Assembly: GCA_951406725.2 (NCBI GenBank)
Contig: OX597814.1
Coordinates: forward strand, 161,014,001-161,078,000
Reading direction: 5' to 3'
DNA length: 64,000 bases
DNA from: Octopus vulgaris
Taxonomy: Eukaryota
Shown: in pieces, positions 15,401 through 27,400 of the stretch
Numbering within the stretch: position 1 is the first letter of the stretch
Layout of the letters: each line of letters starts with the position of its first letter
Made by a program: the position numbers and the translations under genes
Notes under the pieces: model-generated
Seen by the model: the letters and a program-made list of their open reading frames with translations, nothing else
Database searches by the model: none
What the model was told of the DNA's origin: nothing

Positions 15401-18400
15401 TTAAACTGCTCTCTTAATTTTCTGTCACCAATCTACCCAAAACCACTCCTGATTCTATGACACAAACTTTCTGTTTTAACCATTTCAATACCAACCTCGC
15501 TGAAACCACCTCTGGTTCTGTAGTACAAATGTCTTGTTATCATAAGTTTTGAATTAAAATCTTCCAAACCATAGTCACAATTTATGTTCCTAATACTAGC
15601 TTAATGATAATTAAGTTATTTTATTAAATTCTTCGTTATATTTAAAATTAATTGAGAGAAACACAGAGCATCTCAAAATAAATACGGTAATAAACGGGTT
15701 AAAGGAAACTAAATGAAAACTTTCATCAAAATTTCAAATTAATTTATATCCCAACACCAACTTAATAAAATGACACAGTTATCTAACTAAATTCCTCATT
15801 ATTTTCAAAATTAACCAAAACAAAGGCAGCATATTTCAACAAAAATATGGTAATAAAAGTGTTAAATATTCAGTAATTCTAACACTGGACTTGAAACAAC
15901 CATCTTTTTGACCTTTTACTTCCTATTTTATTGCTACTACAATCTCGGGAAGTTAACTGGCACAGCGACAGAAGAGATGGGATAGTTAAAAGCAGCCAGT
16001 ATCAGCACTTATACTTCAAGCTATGAACCAACTAATATATCCACATTTCATTATTGTGAAAATACCAGAGACAATCTCAAACTGAGAAACATCTGAAAAC
16101 ATACTACAGGCAAACTTCTGAGAGCTGTACATTTCTCTGAGTTAATGAAAACATTAAGAAATTGTGATCAAATCACTTTTACCCCTATTAATTGTGGTTG
16201 AGCAGTTTTCTCCTCCCACAAAATGGGGAACAAATTTAAGTTATAGATTTCTATAATGCAAAATGAAATTGCTATATTGAATAGGACGATAAAGTATTAA
16301 GAAATTCTGTTATAGGTTCCAGTTTGAAAATTTTCTCTTTGTCTACAAAACAATGGAAAACAACAATGAACATATATACTTACTTGCCAACTTCTCTGCA
16401 GTTTCTTTAGATTTCTTAGTATCATACAAGATCCAATCCCCACTGCCAGCAGGCCTCACAATGTGGATTGCATCCAATTTGGAAACTAAATCTATTACAC
16501 TTAGGAAGCCCATATCTCGATAATCCAATTCAGAACCATGATATTTCTGTAAAATTTTTTTTGAAAAACCACAACAAAATAAAATAAAAATCAAACAGTG
16601 TCTCCAAAATATTTTGAACATGTGAAAATTTATGTAAGAAATTCCATTCAATACTTACTTGATATGCAGAACATAATTTAGAAGAATAAAGCCCTTCTGG
16701 ATTACAATCAAGAATCTGAAAGATAAGCAACAATTATTAAACACAGAAAATCTTCCAAATTCTATAAAGAAAAATATTTTGGCATCCTATGGAAAACAAA
16801 GACAAATCCCAAAAGCTCATTACAAGGTTTATTGATTGTTTGGGTATCAAGTATCCATTGACTGGATAACCAATGTCCACTGTCTGGATATCAAATTTCT
16901 ATTGCCTGAATATCAAATAAGCATTATCTAATTGCAAAATATTTATTATTCAAATAAATGTCCATTATCTAGTTGCTAAATAAATATCCATCAACATCCT
17001 CGTAAAATATATTCCATTGTGACTGGCTTCCGTGCCAGTGACACGTAAAAAGCACCATCCGAATCGTGACTAGCTTCCGTGCTGGTGGCACGTAAAATGC
17101 ACCAATTCGATTGTGGCCGTTGCCAGCCTCGCCTGGCACCTGTGCAGGTGGCACGTAAAAAGCACCCACTACACTCACAGAGTGGTTGGCGTTAGGAAGG
17201 GCATCCTGTGTTTCATCCCTTCATCAGGTGTCTTGGGGAAATTTCGAACCTGGGTTCTCATTCCTAAGGTATTTTTCAAAGTAGTTATTATTATTATTAT
17301 TATTATTCAGGTCACAGCCTGGAATCGAACACGGAATCTTGGGGTTAGTAGCCCATGCTCTGTGGGCATATGGCATAGTGTACTGATTGCTTTCAGGCAT
17401 TAGGAAGGGCATCCAGCTGTAAAAACCATGTCAAAGCAGACAATAGAGCTTGGCACAGTCCTCCGGCTTACCAGTTCCTGTTAATCTGTTCCACTGATGC
17501 CAAGCATGGAAAATAGATGTTAAATGATATTATATATATATACATACATACATACACACACACACACATGATGCCATGTAAAAGCACCCAGTACACTCTG
17601 TAAAATGGTTGGTGTTAGGAAGGGTATCCAGTCATAGAAACTATCTCAAATGAGACTAGAGTCTGATACAGCTTGTCAGCTCTGGTCAAACTGTCCAACC
17701 ACTGCCTGCATGGACAATGGACATTAAATGATGGTGTATACACACACACATACATTTGCACATATATGTGTGAGCAAACGTTTCGTTAAAAATAAAAATA
17801 ACAGAAGTAACTTGAAATTTAAAGAAAAAACATACCTTCATGATATTTGAGGTAATTTCAGGATTTATTTGGTCAAACATATCGTTGCTTTCAGACGAAT
17901 TGTTCTTTTTCTCTAGATTAGCAGCAGAGGAATTATACGACTCTCTTCTCGGTGAATATTTTTTATTATCTAATTGAAAAAAAAAAAAAAAGAAAAAAAT
18001 TGCAACAATTATACAATAGCAAAAGATGTGAAAGGAAAACTTGAATTGCATAGAATGACCGAATTTACAAGTTAAAAAAATTTTTTTAGGAGTGATTCAC
18101 ATCATTGTGGTGGTTATTGATAGGTAGTATTAATGTGCAAGTAGCTACTAGGCCTAGCAGGAGTCAAACATTTAAATCTATTATTTATTTATTTCATATT
18201 TCATTTGATAAACATTGCTGGTTTCAGGTTTCCAAAAGACTGCTCATTAGTCTCATGCATTTCTGGCACCCAGCAGATGCCAGGACCCCTGGACTGGAGA
18301 TACGTAAAAAGCACTATCCGAATCGTGGTCGATGCCAGCGCCGCTTCGACTGGCTTCCTTGTCGGTGGCATGTAAAAAGCACCAACCGAATCGTGGCCAA

Positions 18401-21400
18401 AGCCAGTGCTGCCTCGACTGGCTTCCGTGCAGGTGGCACGTAAAATGCACCAATCCGACCGTGGCCAATGCCAGCCTCGCCTGGCACCAATGCAGGTGGC
18501 ACGTAAAAAGCACCCACTACACTCTCGGAGTGGTTGGCGTTAGGAAGGGCACCCAGCTGTAGAAACTTTGCCAGATAAGACCGGAGCCTGGTGCAGCCTT
18601 CTGGCTTCCCAGATCCCCGGTCGAACCGTCCAACCCATGCTAGCATGGAGAACGGACGTTAAACGATGATGATGATGATGAAGACAAGGGATTCTTTCTG
18701 CAGCTAAGACCAAATATTATATAAGACCATCTTCTTTTGGTGGGTTGAGTGATTCTCAGTGATGTCTGCATTTCACCACTATACATTAGGTACAGGCATG
18801 GTTGTGTGGTATGAAGTTTCATTCCTAACCACATGATCCCTGGTTCAGTCCCACTGTGTGGCACCTTGGCCAAATGTCTTCTACTATAGCTTCAAGCTGT
18901 CCAAAGCCTTGTGAGTGGATTTGGTAGATGGAATAGACAGAAACTGAAAGAAGCCCACTGTGTATGTACACGTGTGTGTATGTCACTGTAACTTAGTGGG
19001 TCGGAAAAAGAGACAAACAGAATTAAGTACCAGGGTTAACAAAATAGATACGGGGGTCAATTCATTCAACTAAAAATTCTTGAAGGCAGTGCCCCTGTAT
19101 GGCTGCAGTCTAATGACCAAAACAAGTAAAAGATAATTAGCAAAAACACACGCGTGCACACACACACACACTGGGCTTCTGCACTGCCTGTTTACCACAT
19201 TCTACTCACAAGGCATTAATCAATCCTAGGCTACATTAGAAAACACTTGCCCAAGGTGATGTGCAGTGGGACTGAAGCCAGTACCATGTGGTTATAAAGC
19301 GAGCTCTTTGACCACACAATCATGCCTGTGCTTATTTCAAATCCCAAAAATATTTTTATCCAAGATCCAGTAAATGCTGTCAGAACATTTGACATTTACT
19401 AGGTTCTTGTCTGCTTAAAGCAGGGGTTCTCAATCATTATTTACCTATGGACCCCTTTGATTACTATTTTATTCTGGTGAACCCTACATAGCCATTCGAT
19501 GTTTAAAAACTAGTTTTATAGAAACTTCTTTCAAAATTCTTATTTTGTTTTTCACACATTAACTTGTGTAGGTTGAACTATGTAAAACATTTAACAAATC
19601 TTGCAGTTTCTTGCAATACATACATCAAAAATACTATTGTGGACCCCCAGTTTGCTATTTTGTTACATGGATCCCACCAAAATCTTACATGGACCTTCAG
19701 GGGTCATATGGCGCCCAGTTGAGAATCACTGACCTAGAGAATTAACAGTGGGGATCACTAATTAGATGAGTAACAAAAACAGAATCATTATAAAAATCAG
19801 TTTAGACAAGATATTCTATGTTGAGAGCAAAACGTTAAAAAGATGGTATAACATCATTTATTAATAACACTTTACAAGTAATTCTTCACAATAAAGGTTC
19901 AACACAACTATAGTCTCTCAGTCTTGAATTATTTCAGGTATTTTTGCTGTTGATATACCAATATGAGAAAAAAAAAAAGAGCAAGTGGAATATGGCAACA
20001 TGAATATATGGTTGATGCCAGTGCCACCTGACTGGCCCCCATGCCGGTGGCACATAAAAAGCACCCACTACACTCTCGGAGTGGTCGGCATTAAGAAAGG
20101 CATCCAGCTGTAGAAACTTTGCCAGATCAGATTGGAGCCTGGCACAGCCTTCTGGCTGGCCAGTCCTCAGTCAAACTGTCCAACTCATGCCAGCACAGAA
20201 AGTGGACATTAAACGATGATGATGAATACTTATTTCTAAGGAAATCTAAGAGATCACATACTTTATTCATTTAACATTCAGATTATTCTGTCGAATGTAA
20301 TGCTTGATTATTCACTATGTTTTGAATTAATTTTGAATTATCTCAAAGTTTTGATACTTCAATGAATTGTTTATTTTTGGAATGGCTTTGTAGGATAGGT
20401 TTGAAAAGTCAGTTTGAACACAAAACAGGCGAAAGTCCAATCGATTACTGTCTCCTCAAATACATTTATTTAATGAGTCAAGGAGGGAGCCACTATATAG
20501 TTGATTGCTCTATTAGAAATAACAGCCAAATCTCACTCAAGTTACTCTGTTGTCTTAAAAAATGGTTACATTGGAAAATACAGCCCTACACACACACACA
20601 CACATATTCCCACCCATGCCAGCATAGAAAATGTTGAATGATTTTATATGGTTGTCAAAGTAATTAAATTACACACACAATTTCCTCAATTTATCGTATC
20701 CTTTTATTGCTTGCAACTAATGGAGCCCATGTGGAAGTGTTCTGATGTTTCTGATAAATATTTATTTATTTGCCAATATTTTCCAATAAGCTCTCCTGAA
20801 TTATCCTATTTTTCAAATTGTAATGGTAATTTATGGACACCCTAACTCCCTGTATGTACAATCACTTCAATGACAATCATACTTGGTGATAGATATACGA
20901 CTTAGCAGTTTCATGTATGTGCACATAATAATGTTGAACACTCATCTAGTGTATATGTTATGGATCTCAGTTGAGCACTTGCAAAAGAAAGAGGGGTTAA
21001 AAAAGGCTGCTACAGGATCCATGTAAGATTTGGTGGTGGTGGTGGGGTGGGGTGGGGATGCAACAAAATAGTAAATTGGGGGGGGGCTACAATAGTATTT
21101 TAAGGATCCCCTGAAAAAATTTTGCTTTAGATGTATTTGTATGTATTGCAAGAAATAGCAAGGTTTCTTTCCCTAACATTTTACATAGTTCAACCTACAC
21201 AAGTTAATATGTAAAAAAATAAAATAAGAATCTTAAAAGTATCTATAAAACTAGTTTTTAAACATCGAATGGCTATGGGGGCCCTACAGAATAGAATTGT
21301 AGTCAAAAGGGTCCATAGATTTAAAAAATGGTTGAGAACTCCTGATTTAGATAATTTTAAACAGGAAATTTTCATCATAGAACCATGGATAGTCTCAAGT

Positions 21401-24400
21401 GGTTTGGTATCAGAGAAGTTATAGTCTATACAGTCTTAGAACCAAAACATTGAAGAGCTTTTGGAAAATAATCAAATCATTTTTTTTTTCTTCAGATATT
21501 CTTCTATAATCAATAACATTAAGATTATTTGAGGGGGAAATAAAAACAATTAATAGAAATCGCTTAATTATAAGTTGTCAAAAATCCAATAAGAAATTAA
21601 TTCTTGAAAAATCACTTTAGATGAAATTGATAATTAAATCTAATTGACTGATCTACAAACACAGCCAAGCTGTATACAATGTTTTCATTAAGTAGTTAAC
21701 AAGAGATTTTTGTTCCTTTCAAATAGAAATATAAAAATCAATATTTTACCCATAAAATTACAAAATAGGCAGTCTAGAATATTTGCCAACAAAGAGAATC
21801 TGAATAGATAAGAATCAATAGTAAAGAATTTTTAGGAAGGCAATCACAAAGGAAGATGATAAACTTAAAGGACATAACAGGCTATTTATTTCTAAAATCT
21901 TGCAAACTGACAATAAGAAATTGAAAAGAAAAACAAAAAAAAATTACATGAATAATTAGCTTGAATAACTATATTGAAAGGTGATTGGCACTTTTACATG
22001 ATACTGTTTAGTCCAAGGTTAGCCTTGATGGAACAAGTTTGGGATCTAAGAGAACCATGGGTAACCTTTCTCAAGAAACAGACTGGATGAGACATGGCTC
22101 ATCATCAAGAGAGGTGCACTACTAAAGAAATTCAAGATAATTTTTCATTAGGCACGTCATACACAAAGTCCTATGGGCAGCAAGTTGCAAGTTGCCCACG
22201 AGTGATTTAAGATTTTCCAACATCTGCAACTATTCTCTGTCTTTCTTTTAGACACAATGTAACAAGGACTACATTATTCAGTGTGTTCTTCCATTTACGA
22301 AGACAGCAGCAAGTGATTTGAGGGAAATTTAAGTTCTAACTCTAGCAACAAGGTAATTTTACATCAATTCCCAGGTTAGCATGAATAGGGTAGGTCTGCA
22401 ATGCAACATATTTTTCCATTATATAGCACGAGAGTTTTACTAAGGTCTTTATTACATCATGCCATTCCTATTCTCAGCTACTATGACAATGGACACCAAG
22501 TGAAAATTATTCTGATAACAGCACAAGAAAAGTTCTCTAGCCTTTCCCAGAATTTCCAGATTAGAAATTATCAAAATTAAGGAAAATGAAATAAAAGTAG
22601 GATGGAAGTAGAAGAGAGAGGAAAATGTTTGTCATCACTTGCAAAGTTATTTTCTATCTTTTTCATAAATAGTTAACAACACAATTCCTGCTTGCATTTC
22701 TTTGATAATTGAAACATTTGTCCATTAAGCAATATTCTCACATAAAAAAAAAGCAAGACATCTTGAGCTAATGAGATGCTTTTATGAAGTTCATTTGATC
22801 TGTTAGAAATGGCTATCATCTTAAAACAAAAGTACACATTGGGTAATGAAGTCTGGAGTGTACTCTTGCAGACAATGAAAAAAGTGGATCATGTCTTTGA
22901 TCATCAGTCTTCTGCTTGGGTTGAACTGAAGCTAAACAACAGCGTCAACACAAGCATACAAAGTAGAGATGAAAACATTCTCACTTCAACAGATAAGCTG
23001 GTTTCAATTAAAAAGAAAGTTGTAATTTGGAAAAATAGAGCTGAACGTGGTAACTTCAAAATGTTTCCCTTAACCCTTTAGCATTTAAACCGACCATATC
23101 TGGCCAAAAGTATTCTGCCTGTTTTATGTTCAAACTGGCCAGATCTGGTCTCTCACACCAACCCTACAATATCATTTTAAAAATTAACAGCTACCTCATC
23201 AAAATCTCATAGCTACAAGATAATGCATGATTAGTTCAAAACAATGTGGATAAAAATGATTAATTTTGGCAGAATAATGCGAACACTAAGGGCTTAATAC
23301 ATAAAAGCTGCATAAAAGAAACAACTCCTATTGTATTTGAACATTTGACAAATCTGGAAGGAAAAATAAACTTTTATTTTCTGTCATTGAACACAGAAGA
23401 GTATGATTGGGTTCAAAATCCCTTCATAAAAATTCCATCTAAAATATGAAGAAGAGGAATTGGCATCTATATCCAGTGATTGCGGACTTAAAATCAAATA
23501 TGCCGAGTTACCTATTGATACATTTTGGAATACTATTATAACAGAATACCCCTCAGTAGCACAAAAAAGCTTTATCCGTTTTGATGCAGTTTTCCACATC
23601 GTGTTTATGTGAGTTACGGTTTTCAACCCTCAATAACATCAAATCCCCAAAAAATGAGAGAGGCTCTATTACATCGCAGAAGAAATGAGGGTTTGTCTTT
23701 CTCAAATATGTCCCAATATTGAAAACATTTCCAAAAAACATCAAGTGCATGTTTCTCATTGATAACTTTGCTTCATATATTGAATAAAGAGTAGGTACGT
23801 GCAATTTTAATGTATTATTAATTATCTATATATTGCTTTATAGTTTATGTTATGCTAATATGTATAAAACCTCTTTTGAATAAATTTTAGAATTTATGTC
23901 CAAAGTGTGCCAAAATATTTTCACTTCTTGTAAGGTGTGCCAAGAGTAAAAAAAAGTTTGGGAACCACTGTCCTAGACCTTCAGATGAATAGCTCAATGG
24001 CCAAACATGTTTCCTTACAAGACATAATGCTAAGACAAGGGGAAGATATAAAACACGCTGGAACACTGCTTTAAAGGTTTTTTTTTTTAGTTAAAGAAAT
24101 TGACTCCAGAATATTCTTTGTAAGCCTAGTACTTATTCTATTGGTCTTTTTTTTTGCTGAATCGATAAGTTATGGGGATATAAACACACCAACATTGGTT
24201 GTCAAGTGATGGGGGAAGGGACAAAGACAAATATACACACACACACATATATATAAAACTTTCTGAAATATATATGAAAACTATATGTAAAATATTAAGA
24301 CAATCGACGAAAAATATCTACAATAAAATTCTAATTGATAAATATGAATTTTTATTAAAACAAAACACGCGGGTGAAGTAAATCTCATGGTGTGAAGAAT

Positions 24401-27400
24401 CAACACAATGTGCAAGTGAAGTGAAACAACACAACATGCAGTTGTCATGGTAACAAACTGTTAATTCCTCGCTGTCTGTTGATTGGCTAAAATTACCCAA
24501 ATTTTCCCAATTCCAAATAACATCAGATTCATTAATTTACAAGATAAAGTAGGGGCTGATTTTGGGAATCAATTTAACTAGATCCTGTTTTTCTGTTGTT
24601 GACAGTTTTTCGCTGGTTCCTTCGATACTGGCTCTTTGATTCACTGAGTGACAAATTTTGCTTCAACCCATACAATTCTTTATTTTCCGTAAAAATTTCT
24701 TATTTACTTTCTGCCCGTCATATTAAGAAACATGATTTCCATTACCAAGTTATTTTCCTTACTATCTTTTGCATCTGGGTATTTCTGTATACGTATATAA
24801 CCATGCGTAGAAGGAAAGTGTCAAATTTGTCTACAATGTCAAGGTCAGCCAAAAGAATGTCTCTGTCCAGAGAAAGAGAGACAACTGCACAAAAGGAAGC
24901 ATGCCAAGAAACGAACAGACTGTGCACTACAAAAGCCAGAGCATCTCAAAGTGATGAACAGAGGTATGCATGCCTGACAAGGAATAGGGTTTCCCCTGCA
25001 GAATGAAGAGCAGTTGCAACAGCTCTATGAAGCAGCTTTCAATTATGATCCAGCAGTTCATTATGCAGATGACACCAGAGTTTCCATTGGTGCAATGATA
25101 ACTGAGTATGGTAACTGAGTGCATACATTGTAAAGCAAGGAAGTGGCCTGGAGAGACAACTGCACTGTGCTACTAGCAGTTGAGACCTGCATAATCTAGA
25201 CAGTGTTTTTAAATTTCATTATTTTCTTTAACCCAGGTATTTCTGCTAGTGTGCGTGCATGCATGTTGTGTGTGTGTATATATAAATGGATGAATGAATT
25301 ATCCTTTGTTTACTATTAACATGGAAAATTCAATAAACATTTACCATGGTAGCAAAATTCATGATGATGAGAAGATTGCACTTTACACCGTTTATTCCTT
25401 TGGAATAAAACCAATGTTGTCTTTGAAATGTATGTTGAAAGTAAAAGAATTTGAATAGCATCTGTGTTCAACTCCATTTATTTACTTATATATATATATA
25501 TATACACGACAGGCTGCTTTCAGTCTCCATCTACCAAATGCACTCACAAGACTTTGGTTGGTCTTGGGTAAGAAGATATTTGCCCAAGGTGCCACGCAGT
25601 GAGACTAAACTTGGAACCATGTGGTTGGAAAGCCAGCTTCTTACCACACAGCCACATATATATATGTGTGTGAGTGCATACATAGACATGCATTAACACA
25701 CTACACTATTATGGTCATGCCTGCAATTGAATGTATGCATGTATATGAGAATGTGTGTATGTGTGAAAATCCACATTCCTTGAGGTGGTGATGTTAACAC
25801 TATGATTGGTTACTGTGCACTTTTTGAAGTGGAATAAAAAAAAAATCACTTGCTTGAAAGACAAAGGTTGGTGACAAAAAGTGCAACAAACTGTAAAATC
25901 CTAACTCAAATACCTCTCAACACAAACTCATGCTAGCATAGAAAAATGAATGTTAAACAAACATGCACCAACACACATACAATACAATGTGGTTAAGAAG
26001 TAAACTAAAAAAGCTAGACATAGCTGTGTGGTTAAATTTGTTGTAAAACTGGTTTGATTTAGGCACAGTCCCACTACATAGCATCTTAGTGAGGTGTCTT
26101 TTACTATAACACTGGGACAACCAATGCTTTGCAAGTGAATTTGGAAGACAGAAACTGCAAGAAGCCCATAGTATATGTGTATGCACATGCATGTGAATGC
26201 TGACAGTCCACTCATACACCACTTGAGCAAAATGATGACGATGTTCACACTCCTTGACAATGTGACCAGTCACCCTGATAAAAACCTTTTCACTTGTAAA
26301 CAGGTAAGAGCTGGAAACAAGAAGCACATTCAGCTGCAAAAATTTTGCCTTAGCCCTTTCGTTATCAACCCCGCTGAAACCGGCTCTGGCTCTGAGTACA
26401 AATGTCTCGTTTTCATAAGTTTTGAATTCAAATCTTCCACCAAACCTTAGTCACAATTTATGTTCCTAACACTAGCTGAATGATAACCAAGTTATTTTAC
26501 TAAATTCTTTGTTAGATTTAAAGTAATTGAAAGAAACGCAGAGCATCTCAAAATAAATACAGTAACGAAAGAGTTAAACTCTTAGCATTTAAACCAGCCA
26601 CATCCAGCCAAAATATTTTATGTTTCATGTTCAAGCTGGCCTCTCACACTTACCCTATGGTATTATTCTCAAAATAAACAATCACAACATCAAAATCTCA
26701 AAGCTACAAGACGATGTGGGATTAATTCAAAACAATGTAAATAAATAAGTGTTACATTTGAAAGAGTAATCTGAATGCTAAAGGACTAAATAACTCTAAT
26801 GCATGCTAGCATAGAAAGACAGACATTTAATGAACATACATGACATGCATATCATTCATATATCTTTTGAAAATGTATAACAGTGAAGGATGCAAACATC
26901 AGCAAGAGAACCAAAAACCTGGTACTCTTTGAATGTGTTGTTTTGTACTGAGCAACAAATACTCCCTTGTCACTCTAACCATCAGAAATGCAATGAATTA
27001 GAGACCGATCCACTGGTGACCTGTAGCCAAGAATGCTATTGTCCATAAATTGCATTACAAAATTTAAATGGTATAAAACAAGCCTCATTTATTTACTTTA
27101 TATCACAATTGATGAATGATATCAAAATTGGTTGCAGGATTTCAATGAGCCAATTGATCACTAGTTTACAGTATTTCTAATGACAAGATTAACCCTAAAA
27201 AGCACCAACTGATCGTTGCCGTTGCCAGCCTCCCCTGGCACCTGTGCCGGTGGCACGTAAAAAGCACCCACTACACTCACTGAGTGGTTGGTGTGAGGAA
27301 GGGCATCCAGCTGTAAAAACACTGCCAGATCAGACTGGAGCCTGGTGCAGCCTCCTGGCTTCCCAGACCCCAGTTGAACTGTCCAACCCATGCTAGCATG

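Noticed and set aside
25340-25445. Possible extra exon in intron 2 (donor ATG|GTAAAT)
   Set aside because: No acceptor gives a stop-free phase 1-1 exon; exons 2 and 3 already join in frame.
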